Positions 11,166 to 19,688 of a DNA stretch of 64,000 nucleotides are shown in pieces. Source of the DNA: an uncultured delta proteobacterium (lineage in GTDB: Bacteria > Myxococcota_A > Polyangia > Polyangiales > Polyangiaceae); NCBI GenBank assembly GCA_963811985.1, contig CAWEUH010000059.1:21989-85988 (forward strand), in the 5' to 3' direction. How positions within the stretch are numbered: position 1 is the first letter of the stretch; every line of letters begins with the position of its first letter. The notes below the pieces were generated by a model. The model did not search any database. It had not been told where the DNA came from and saw only the letters and a program-made list of their open reading frames with translations. Both the position numbers and the translations under genes were made by a program.

Positions 11166-11588
11166 ATGGGACGACGAGGGCTATTGGTGAAGTCCGCTGC
11201 GGGTTTGGACGAGGTTCGGGCACGAATCGAGCATTGGCGTAAGACGCGACACAGTCGTGGCAGGATGCCGGCCGAATTGTGGGAGGCAGCCGCAATGCTG
11301 GCGCGTTCGCACGGGATCTATGCTGTGTCGCAGCACCTGCACGTGAGCTACGACTCGTTGAAGGCCCAAGTACGCGGCGCGGCCAGGGCAAAGGCGAAGA
11401 TCGTCAAAGGGCGAGTCGCACCGCAATTCGTCGAGCTTGGGCCGCTTGGGCGCCCGGCATCGGTGCTGGACGGGACAGTCATGGAGCTGGTGGGGGTAAG
11501 TGGAAACCGATTGATCGTGCGAGTGGCCGGTGCAGCTAGCACCGATGTCGTGGCCCTCGTCCGAGAACTGTACGGGAGAATGTCGTGA
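11166..11588 (+). CDS. tnpA: IS66 Orf1 (TnpA-like) protein
   Basis: 140 aa and helix-rich. It sits first in a three-gene IS66 arrangement and overlaps tnpB by 4 nt. Confidence 0.8.
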   Translation: MGRRGLLVKSAAGLDEVRARIEHWRKTRHSRGRMPAELWEAAAMLARSHGIYAVSQHLHVSYDSLKAQVRGAARAKAKIVKGRVAPQFVELGPLGRPASVLDGTVMELVGVSGNRLIVRVAGAASTDVVALVRELYGRMS

Positions 11589-11947
11589 TCCAAGTCACGC
11601 CCCAGATGCGAATATTGGTGGCCATCGAACCCGTCGATTTTCGAGCCGGGATCGACGGCATCGCGCGGATGTGTCGCGAACGCATGCGGGCAGATCCATT
11701 CTCGGGCACAGCGTACGTATTTCGCAACGGCCGGAGTACGGCGATTAAGGTCCTAGTATACGATGGGCAGGGTTATTGGCTGTGTCACAAGCGATTGTCG
11801 AGCGGGAAATTTCGCTATTGGCCGACAAGTGAGGGCAAAGGCGCGGCGCGGCTGGCGGCACATCAGCTGCAGGTGCTGCTATTCGGAGGAGACGCGATGG
11901 CAGCCAAGGCGGCACCGCAGTGGCGCCCCGTGAGCCCGGAGAACTGA
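11585..11947 (+). CDS. tnpB: IS66 Orf2 (TnpB-like) protein
   Basis: IS66 Orf2 signature (VDFRAGIDGIARMCRE...YVFRNGRSTAIKVLVYDGQGYWLCHKRLSSGKFRYWP). Confidence 0.85.
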   Translation: MIQVTPQMRILVAIEPVDFRAGIDGIARMCRERMRADPFSGTAYVFRNGRSTAIKVLVYDGQGYWLCHKRLSSGKFRYWPTSEGKGAARLAAHQLQVLLFGGDAMAAKAAPQWRPVSPEN

Positions 11948-11984
11948 AGGAAAGTCGATTTTCGTTCTTGCGTTCCATGGGCTG

Positions 11985-12875
11985 TTGTGGCAGACACGGC
12001 TCATGGCCGAAGTTCTGCGACACCGAGGGCGCATCGTCAGCGATACGGACGTGGCGTTTATCTGTGAGCTCATCGCTCGAGAGCCGCAGGCGACGCGACG
12101 GCAGCTGAGCAAGTTGCTATGCGAAGCCTGGGACATGCGACAACCCAACGGGGCGTTGCGGGATATGGTGTGTCGCGGTTTGATGCTGGCGTTAGATCGA
12201 GCCGGGCATATCCAGTTGCCACCGGTCAGTAGACGACCCCCGAATCCATTTCTTACGCGGGCCCGGCCTGAGCGGGTCGAGGTGGACGAGAGCCCGATCG
12301 AGTGCAGTCTGAGCGAGCTAGGAGAAGTGAGCCTGCGCGAGGTGCGGCGGACCGACGAGGAGAAATTCTGCTGCAGTCTGATCGAGACGTACCATTATCT
12401 CAAGTACACGCAGCCAGTCGGCGAGCACCTCAAGTACCTGGTGTACGCGCAGAATCGACCGATAGCATGCTTTACCTGGTCGTCAGTTCCAAGACATCTG
12501 AAACCCCGTGACCGCTACATCGGGTGGTGCTTGGCAAAGCAGCGACAGAATCTGCGGCTGCTTGCGTACAACAGCCGATTTCTCATTGTGCCATGGGTCA
12601 AGGTGCCGCACTTGGCGTCCCATCTATTGGGGAAAGTGACGCGAACGCTGTCTGGGGATTGGCAGCGCAAGTACAACCATCCGATCTACTTCGTCGAGAC
12701 GTTTGTGGACCCCGAGCGCAACCGCGGAACTTGTTATCGGGCTGCCAACTGGGTGCCGCTGGGCATCACGACCGGACGCGGCAAGGATGCGCCAACCTGG
12801 GAACAGAATCGGAGCAAGAAGCTGGTGTTGGGGTTGGCATTGGTGCGTGACTTTCGTGAGCGGTTGGCAAAGTAG
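11985..12875 (+). CDS. accessory/passenger ORF carried inside the IS66 element (296 aa, unknown function)
   Basis: Intact ORF between tnpB and tnpC that ends 2 nt before tnpC. Composition is protein-like. It is not part of the minimal IS66 set. Confidence 0.55.
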   Translation: MWQTRLMAEVLRHRGRIVSDTDVAFICELIAREPQATRRQLSKLLCEAWDMRQPNGALRDMVCRGLMLALDRAGHIQLPPVSRRPPNPFLTRARPERVEVDESPIECSLSELGEVSLREVRRTDEEKFCCSLIETYHYLKYTQPVGEHLKYLVYAQNRPIACFTWSSVPRHLKPRDRYIGWCLAKQRQNLRLLAYNSRFLIVPWVKVPHLASHLLGKVTRTLSGDWQRKYNHPIYFVETFVDPERNRGTCYRAANWVPLGITTGRGKDAPTWEQNRSKKLVLGLALVRDFRERLAK

Positions 12876-12877
12876 TC

Positions 12878-14527
12878 ATGACTGGACTGCCACAACGTGT
12901 AGAACTCGACCTCGACGAACTCAAGCGTATCGTGGCGAAAGACACGTTGAGCGCAGCTGATCGCGAAAAGCTGCTCTGTGCGGTCGAGACACTGGCGTTT
13001 GTAACGCAGGCTCTGGAAAACAAGAGCATCTCGCTCGGGCGCATGAGAAAGATGTTGTTCGGGGCCAGCACGGAGAAGATGAGTCAAGTATGCGTGCAGA
13101 GCGAACCGGCCGCATCCGACGCTTCGACAAGCGCGGACACAGAAAACGAAGCGCTCGCAAACAGCGCTGCTGGCGAAACGCGCAGCGAGGAACAAGCGAA
13201 GCCCAAGCGCAAAGGTCACGGCCGCAACGGTGCCGACCGCTACCGCGGCGCTCAACACATCCCCGTGCATCACGCATTGTGTCCCGGCGACGGCTGTCCG
13301 CTGTGTCACGCGGGCAAGGTTTACCCGATGGCGGTGCCGCGCAAACTGGTGCGCCTCACGGGGCAAGCGCCGATCATTGCAAAGGTCTGGGAGCTGGAAC
13401 GTTTGCGTTGCAATGCCTGCGGGGAGGTGTTTACCGCGCAAGCGCCCGATGATGTTGGCCCTGATAAGTATGATGCGTCAGCCTCGGCCATGGTTGCGAT
13501 TGCCAAGTACGGTACAGGACTGCCCTTTTATCGACTTGCAGGGCTCGAGCAAGGGATGGGGATCCCACTGCCGCCAGCAACGCAATGGCAAGTGGTGACG
13601 GCGCGCATCACGGCTCCCCAGGCCGTGCACGGTGAACTGATTCGAATCGCAGCGCAGGGACAGGTGCTGCACAATGATGACACGGGGGCAAAGATATTGG
13701 CGCTCATGAAGGAGGGCAAAAAGGCTGTCGCGACGGACGATGCCGCGAACAGCGACAAGCGCAGTGGAATCTTCACTTCCGGCATTGTTGCCCTGCACGA
13801 CGATTGTCGTATCGCTTTGTACTTCACGGGTCATCAGCACGCTGGAGAAAATCTCGCCGACGTGCTCAGGCTTCGTCCAACGACGCTGGGGGCGCCCATT
13901 CACATGTGCGATGCTCTGTCACGCAACTTGCCCAAGGACTTCGAGACCATCCTGGTACATTGCATGGCCCACTGCCGACGCAACTTCGTGGATGTCTTCG
14001 ATAACTTCAAGACAGAGTGCCGCCATGTCCTGGAAGTGTTGCGCGACGTGTATCACAACGACGCGATTGCCCGCGAGCGCAACCTGTCCGCTGAGCAACG
14101 CCTTGCTTGGCATCAAGCCGAGAGCAAGCACTTGATGGACGGCCTGGAAAAGTGGCTCGAGGCTCAGTTGAAAGAAAAGAAGGTCGAGCCCAATAGCGGG
14201 CTCGGACAAGCCATCAAGTATATGCAGAAGCACTGGCATGCGCTCACGCAGTTTCTTCGTGTTCCAGGGGCGCCATTGGACAACAACGTGTGCGAGCAAA
14301 TCTTGAAAAAAGCCATTCTGCATCGCAAGAACGCCTACTTTTTCAAGACTCAGCGAGGAGCCGAAGTCGGTGACATCTACATGAGCCTCATCCGTACCGC
14401 CGAGCTCAGCGGCATAAGCCCTTTTAACTATCTGTGTGCGTTGATGCTGAATACCGAACGGGTCATCGCGCGTCCCCACGACTGGCTGCCCTGGAATTAT
14501 CACTTGGTGCTTATACCCACCGTGTGA
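12878..14527 (+). CDS. tnpC: IS66-family transposase TnpC (zinc-finger + DDE)
   Basis: CxxC...CxxC zinc-ribbon (CPGDGCPLCHAG...CNACGEV), a DDE core, and the conserved C-terminal region of IS66 transposases. Confidence 0.9.
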   Translation: MTGLPQRVELDLDELKRIVAKDTLSAADREKLLCAVETLAFVTQALENKSISLGRMRKMLFGASTEKMSQVCVQSEPAASDASTSADTENEALANSAAGETRSEEQAKPKRKGHGRNGADRYRGAQHIPVHHALCPGDGCPLCHAGKVYPMAVPRKLVRLTGQAPIIAKVWELERLRCNACGEVFTAQAPDDVGPDKYDASASAMVAIAKYGTGLPFYRLAGLEQGMGIPLPPATQWQVVTARITAPQAVHGELIRIAAQGQVLHNDDTGAKILALMKEGKKAVATDDAANSDKRSGIFTSGIVALHDDCRIALYFTGHQHAGENLADVLRLRPTTLGAPIHMCDALSRNLPKDFETILVHCMAHCRRNFVDVFDNFKTECRHVLEVLRDVYHNDAIARERNLSAEQRLAWHQAESKHLMDGLEKWLEAQLKEKKVEPNSGLGQAIKYMQKHWHALTQFLRVPGAPLDNNVCEQILKKAILHRKNAYFFKTQRGAEVGDIYMSLIRTAELSGISPFNYLCALMLNTERVIARPHDWLPWNYHLVLIPTV

Positions 14528-14680
14528 CACCCAGTTGATTCGACAACCGGCGGGCAACGCGAGCTGCGCAGGTCACGTCGAGGTCGACTGGCCGAAACTT
14601 CGCCGTATCGCGATTGATGGCGTGTGGGATTGAGGTGGACCCAGGAAAATTCGGGTTACGCATGCCGACAGAAAGGACAC

Positions 14681-14688
14681 GCTCTTGC
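14681..14688. repeat. 8-bp target-site duplication GCTCTTGC (right copy)
   Basis: See the left copy. Confidence 0.85.
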
Positions 14689-14906
14689 CCTGGGGCCGCG
14701 GGCACGACGGCTGCAGACTTCTGTGTGGGATCTTGAGCAATGACTCCGGGGTTGGAAACCGCCGCGTCCGGCGCATCCGGCAACGCGGACTCACCAAGCG
14801 CGCCGCTGACACGCATGAACAAGACGCCAAACAAAACCCATGTTGAGCAGCCAAGATTGATACGACGCAACATACTTCTCTCTTTAAACCTTCGAACGTA
14901 GTGCAA
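14689..14906 (-). pseudogene. 5' part (signal peptide and N-terminus) of the IS66-disrupted outer-membrane protein gene
   Basis: MLRRINLGCSTWVLFGVLFMRVSGALG signal peptide. The frame through the TSD (…APGQE) matches the frame of 10379..11075 on the other side of the IS. Confidence 0.6.
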
Positions 14907-15219
14907 TCAAGGGACATGTCCGCTCGCATCGAGACCAGGCACTGCAGCCCTGGCGTCGCGTGCGGCGAGATCGTGGGTTCGTCGGCGGTAGGCCGTCATT
15001 GCGTTCCAGTGACGACGTTCTTGCGAACCCATGTTCAATCCCGCGCGCAACGGACGGCATTTCCGGGTACGTTCTGCGCCCGTCTTGGCGCCGTCCTCCC
15101 TCCGGTGCTCGTCTAGGGTGAGTCCGTTGTGAGTCCGATCATCCTCTACCCCTCTGGTTGTCCGGGTAGGGGCATCTGGGCAAACCCCTAGCACTACTGC
15201 CGTAGGCTTCCCATCCGGC

Positions 15220-15669
15220 ATGATCGGCAAGCAGCTTGTCGTGCGGCGCATGAAGAATGGGCAGTATGTGCTGTCCGCGGCGCCCAATCATAAGCCGCGG
15301 GAATTGACGGGTGCCCAGAAGGAGCATTGTGAGAAGTTCCGCCAAGCGGTTCTGTTCGCCAAGACCGCGCAGAACACGCCCGAATACAAGGACGCGGCCG
15401 CCACACGCGGCCTATCCGCTTACAACGTTGCGGTTGCCGACTTCATGCACCGGCCGCAGATTCAGAAGGTCGACACGTCCGCGTACCAAGGCCATGCCAA
15501 CGAAACCATCACGATTACCGCTGTCGATGATGTCAAGGTCAAGACGGTTGGCGTTAGGATCGTCAATGATGATGGCACACACGTGGAAAAGGGCACGGCC
15601 GTTGTGCCGACGCCAGTACGAACGGTTGGCTATACACGACCAAGAACGCCGCAGATTCGGCTTCAGTGA
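15220..15669 (+). CDS. hypothetical protein (149 aa)
   Basis: ORF with balanced, Lys-containing composition unlike the surrounding GC-rich noise. No family recognised. Confidence 0.4.
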   Translation: MIGKQLVVRRMKNGQYVLSAAPNHKPRELTGAQKEHCEKFRQAVLFAKTAQNTPEYKDAAATRGLSAYNVAVADFMHRPQIQKVDTSAYQGHANETITITAVDDVKVKTVGVRIVNDDGTHVEKGTAVVPTPVRTVGYTRPRTPQIRLQ

Positions 15670-15768
15670 AGGTCGTCGTGGACGTTGCTGACTTGGCGGG
15701 ACAAGTTGCTGAAGTGACGGAGCACACTTAGGCTTCTGTTCAAGAAATCTCCAAATTGGCGACGCCAG

Positions 15769-15933
15769 GGCATCAGGCTCTTCTTCGCGCACGATCATCC
15801 TGAAGATTGTGCTCTTGCCCGATCCGTTTGGACCCACCAGGCCAATCTTCTCACCGTGATTGATCGCAAAGGAAGCATCCATGAACAGAATTTGCCGTCC
15901 GTGCTGCTTGGTCACCGAATCCAGTCGAATCAC
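15769..15933 (-). pseudogene. N-terminal ~55-aa remnant of an ABC-F-type ATPase (Walker A only)
   Basis: MIRLDSVTKQHGRQILFMDASFAINHGEKIGLVGPNGSGKSTIFRMIVREEEPD is followed by non-protein-like sequence. No Q-loop, signature or Walker B follows. Confidence 0.6.
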
Positions 15934-15952
15934 GGGACGCGACTTAGCACAA

Positions 15953-16640
15953 CTAGTGGGGCGACAGCCACTCGGGCCCCGCGCATTTTTCGCCTTCGGC
16001 CGCTACACCTTTGAGTGTCGCAACGACATCGAAGTCAACTTCCGGATCACCGTCTTGCGTGACTTCACTGCGGTCGGAGTTGAGCGCCATCACGTGAGTG
16101 CCGTCGAGCGGATCGATGAACAAATCGCGTCGGCGATAGGTGTCAATCATGCAGCCCAGGCACTCGGGCGCGCCGTGCTCAGCGCAATCCGGAGAGAACT
16201 CGCGGAAAAGGACTTCGTCGGTCACGATGACATGGAGCCAGGCGCCGCGCCGCGCCATCACGCTAGCCGTGGGGCCGTTACAGACGCCGCTCCCCATCTC
16301 CAACCCAAGCTCGTAGACGTCTAGCCCACCGTTACCAACGCGCGGCAGCACGACGAAATAGGCATCCTCGATGACGGCCAAGCACAGCGCAGGAGGCAAA
16401 ATCCGAACCGCCGTTGAAATCATCCGGTGCGTTCTGCCCGCCTTGCGGCGCTCCGTGCCACGCTGCCCAATCGGCAAAATGGCGCGGCACAATTGGCTTG
16501 GTTTCGACGTGAATCGGGCATAATGGCAGATTCGGGCGCGCAGGTTGCGTGCTCAGCTTCTCGTCGTGTGCCTCGGGCGACTTCATAATGGCGAATTCGG
16601 GCAACACGTTCGCGCGCGCACTCGCGTCCGGCGTGTTCAA
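15953..16640 (-). CDS. hypothetical protein, possibly frameshifted near ~16430 (ORFs 16332..16640 and 15953..16492 may be one gene)
   Basis: Both ORFs are protein-like on the same strand and their reading frames overlap. No family recognised. Confidence 0.3.
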
Positions 16641-17104
16641 CTACGGCGCGCCATGGCGCAGGCGGCGACGCCACAATGGTGCGGGGCTTGCAACTGCCAA
16701 CAGCCAGCAATCCTGCGGCCGCGAGCCAGCCGCGCCGCTGGTAAAAGCTCAGCATGCTACGTTTTCCCGTTCGAAGGGCGGTCATGACAGTCCATGCGAC
16801 ACTACTACCTGCGGCCGTCGCGCTCCAACGCAACCGCTGTTTTGATGTCGTTACGGCGCGCAAAGCCTGTTTGAGCTTGCTGGCGCCCCGTAGCGTGGCG
16901 GACTCGACGGCGGTTCGCCGTACCGATTGCGCTCAATCAGGATCCGCGGGGGATAGACGTTGGTCATTGGGCCTGCGTAAACGCCCGTACGCGTGCCGTC
17001 ACGCCATACCCAAAAAAGAGCTTGCCCGTCATGACCGCGCGTCTTTGGCAAGCCGAGAAGGTCATAAGGAAAGCGTCGGTCGTTTAATGCTAGCCTAGCC
17101 TGCC

Positions 17105-18457
17105 ATGACGGACCCGAACGCGTCGGCCGAACCTCCACGCACGGAACGCAATTCTCTCGATTTGGCCTTGGAGCAAGCGTGGGATGGGCAACGGGAACAA
17201 CCGTTGCGATGGATTGCCGCGGTATTGGAGCAGGATCCAGAACGTGTCATGGCCTATTACTTGGCGGGCTATCTGCTGCGGGAGGCGGGGCAGCAACAGG
17301 CTGCAGCCGACGCGTGGCGTGTGGCAGTCCAGTTCAGTATCCGCGAAGGCTCGCTCGCTCGCGCGGCAGCTGCCGTATGCGAGCTTCGCACGCTGGACCT
17401 ACCCGTCCAGGATGAAATAGCGCAGATTGCAGCAGTCTTTTCCGCTGAGTCCAGTCGTCTTTTGGACCACGGTGCCGCACCGCCCGCGCTTGTCAAAACC
17501 AGGCTCAGTATCAACCCAGCGCCAATGAATTCAAGCGAAGCCGAACTCCTTGAACATGTCAAGAGTGCCGTCACTGAGTCACTGACGCTCCTTTCTCAGG
17601 ACGAAGCCGCACAAGCGTTGAAAGTGCCTCGCCAGGCGTTGTTTTCGAGTCTTGACGAGCCAGGATTGCGCGCGTTGCTCGCCATGCTCGAGTTGCGCAC
17701 TGTTCGCTCTGGCACGCCCGTCGTAGTTCAGGGCGAGCCCGGTGACGAGGCCTACGTTCTGGCACGGGGAGAGGTCAAGGTATCCAGGAAATCCGAAACC
17801 GGGGACGAAGTTGCATTGGCTCGGCTTGGCAGCGGGTCCTTGTTTGGTGAAATGGCGTTGCTCTCTCAAACCCCGCGCGCAGCCCAAGTCGTGGCGCTTC
17901 GTCCCAGCTTGCTGTTGGTGCTTCGAAAAGATGCGTTGGATGCGTTGGTCGCCGACGAACCTGAGCTTGGGCTCGCGATTGCGTCGTATTGCCGCAGGCG
18001 CATGATTGACAACTTGATACGAACGAGCGCCGTTCTCAAGAGCGTCAACCCAAGGGAGCGCCCGGCGCTCGTGCAGCGGTTCGTTACGTGCGCCTACGAG
18101 GCGGGCGAACCTATCATCGTGCAGGGCGAAGAACCTGAAGGGCTGCACTTGATCGCGTCGGGCAGCGTTGTCGTTGTCCACCGCGACGCCGGGGAGCGGA
18201 CCGTGATCGCTACGCTGGGCGTTGGAGAAGTCGTCGGCGAAATGTCGCTGGTGCTGCGCCGGCCGTCTGGCGCGGACGTCGTTGCCACAGTGCCAACCGT
18301 GACGTTGCACCTCACGAGTGAGCAGTTCCTGGAGATCATTCGCGCCTATCCGGGCGTGCTGTCGCACTTGTACGAACTTGCCGTGACCCGAGACACAGAA
18401 ACCCAAACGGTTCTCGTCAGTGAAGCGCAGAGCGCCGACGACTGCATCTTGCTGTAG
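17105..18457 (+). CDS. protein with two tandem cyclic-nucleotide-binding (cNMP/CAP-type) domains and an N-terminal helical region
   Basis: Two copies of the cNMP-binding signature (…GSLFGEMALL…, …GVGEVVGEMSLV…) with conserved G-E and R-A positions. Confidence 0.8.
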   Translation: MTDPNASAEPPRTERNSLDLALEQAWDGQREQPLRWIAAVLEQDPERVMAYYLAGYLLREAGQQQAAADAWRVAVQFSIREGSLARAAAAVCELRTLDLPVQDEIAQIAAVFSAESSRLLDHGAAPPALVKTRLSINPAPMNSSEAELLEHVKSAVTESLTLLSQDEAAQALKVPRQALFSSLDEPGLRALLAMLELRTVRSGTPVVVQGEPGDEAYVLARGEVKVSRKSETGDEVALARLGSGSLFGEMALLSQTPRAAQVVALRPSLLLVLRKDALDALVADEPELGLAIASYCRRRMIDNLIRTSAVLKSVNPRERPALVQRFVTCAYEAGEPIIVQGEEPEGLHLIASGSVVVVHRDAGERTVIATLGVGEVVGEMSLVLRRPSGADVVATVPTVTLHLTSEQFLEIIRAYPGVLSHLYELAVTRDTETQTVLVSEAQSADDCILL

Positions 18458-18577
18458 TCAGCCCACTGGCCGACTTCCCACAATGCCGCCGATTCGAGAT
18501 CCTCTTCGATCCGATTCGAATTCAGCGGCTACATACGAGCTTGCGCGGCTTGACAAGCCCGGCTACTGACGGGAGTC

Positions 18578-19198
18578 ATGAATTTCGCCCGCTCCGTCCG
18601 TTATCGCCTGTTTGCAATTTCAACGCTTCTGCTGGCAACGTGCGCCACAACGGCCAGGGCAGAAATAAAGATCGCTGTCGTGGATACCCAGCGAGCGATC
18701 ATGGAGACTGAGGAAGGCCTGCGCGCTCAGGCCACGTTGAAGAAGCTTTTTGATAGTCGTCAGCGAGAACTCGACAAGAAACAAGAACAGCTTCAAAAAG
18801 AGCGTGAGGACATCGAAAAGCAGCAGGGGATTCTCAGCAAAGAGGCGCTGGCCAAGCGGCTCGAAAGCTGGCAGCGGGACATGTCGCAGCTTCAAGCGAC
18901 GTTTCTCGAATACAATAAGGAACTTCAGAAGAAGCAGGGTGAGCTCACGCAGCCCATCTACCAGCGTACGATGTCTCTGATCCGGCGTATGGCCACCAAC
19001 GAGGGCCTGGACATCGTAGTGGACAGACAAGCCGTACCGTACGTTCGAGGCGATCTTGACCTAACGGACAAGATCATCCAAATGGTCAATTCGGGCAGCG
19101 GCAGTGGCGACTCCGGCTCCGGCAAATCGAGCAAAGCGACGGACTCAAAGAAGGCACCCAAAGAAGCGCCCAAGCTGGTACCCTCTGCGAAACCATGA
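18578..19198 (+). CDS. skp: periplasmic chaperone Skp/OmpH family
   Basis: Signal peptide, then the IAVVDTQRAIMETEEG... coiled-coil OmpH signature. Lies immediately upstream of fabZ as in the conserved skp-(lpxD)-fabZ cluster. Confidence 0.85.
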   Translation: MNFARSVRYRLFAISTLLLATCATTARAEIKIAVVDTQRAIMETEEGLRAQATLKKLFDSRQRELDKKQEQLQKEREDIEKQQGILSKEALAKRLESWQRDMSQLQATFLEYNKELQKKQGELTQPIYQRTMSLIRRMATNEGLDIVVDRQAVPYVRGDLDLTDKIIQMVNSGSGSGDSGSGKSSKATDSKKAPKEAPKLVPSAKP

Positions 19199-19680
19199 GT
19201 CGCAGGGCTGGGCAGGGCGATCGAGCGGAACGCGCGCCTGTTCGGCTCGAGACCGGACGAATCCTAGAAATTCTTCCGCATCGCTTTCCTTGCCTGCTCG
19301 ACCGCGTGACGGACGTCGTAGCGGGTGAAGCGATTTGCGGGCAGAAAATGGTCACATTCGGGGAGTTCTGGTGTACCGGCAGCTTCCCACACACACCCGT
19401 GATGCCCGGCATCCTTGTCATCGAGGCCCTGGTACAGATTGCGAGTGTTTTGGCGTATGTGTCGGAACCTTTCGACCCCACGCGTTCGCAACTGTATCTA
19501 CTAGGAATCGACAAAGCCAAGCTGAGACACCGCGTGATTCCCGGAGACCGCCTCGACTTGACGGCGTCGGTCGTGCAACATCGGTCCAACACGTGGAAGT
19601 TCAGTGCCGAGGCAACGGTTGACAACACGCTTTGTGCGCAAGCCGAACTACTGGCTTCCGTGATCGACCGAGACGCCTGA
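19195..19680 (+). CDS. fabZ: 3-hydroxyacyl-ACP dehydratase FabZ
   Basis: LPHRFPCLLDRV...FPHTPVMPGILVIEALVQ hot-dog-fold active-site region. The true start may be internal to the listed ORF. Confidence 0.85.
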   Translation: MSRRAGQGDRAERAPVRLETGRILEILPHRFPCLLDRVTDVVAGEAICGQKMVTFGEFWCTGSFPHTPVMPGILVIEALVQIASVLAYVSEPFDPTRSQLYLLGIDKAKLRHRVIPGDRLDLTASVVQHRSNTWKFSAEATVDNTLCAQAELLASVIDRDA

Positions 19681-19688
19681 CGGTAGGG

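Larger units (their letters stand above)
11076..14680 (+). mobile_element. IS66-family insertion sequence (3605 bp) with four ORFs: tnpA, tnpB, an accessory ORF and tnpC
   Basis: The imperfect terminal IRs are GTGTCCTTTCCGCAGCCGTGCGT... on the left and ...ACGCATGCCGACAGAAAGGACAC on the right. The first 10 bp are perfect, and ~22 of 30 bp match overall. The 8-bp TSD is typical of IS66. The TnpA/TnpB/TnpC order is canonical. Confidence 0.9.

Noticed and set aside
12734-14557. Long antisense ORFs inside IS66 tnpC (12734..13441, 13919..14557)
   Set aside because: Opposite strand to a confidently identified transposase, with GC-driven open frames.
15140-15185. 7-bp-stem hairpin (CCTACCC...GGGTAGG) upstream of the 15220 ORF
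   Set aside because: Short, and no U-tract follows. Could be incidental, so not reported as a terminator.
17579-18406. 275-aa ORF antisense to the cNMP-binding protein gene
   Set aside because: Arg-rich, no domains. The sense ORF has clear cNMP-binding signatures.
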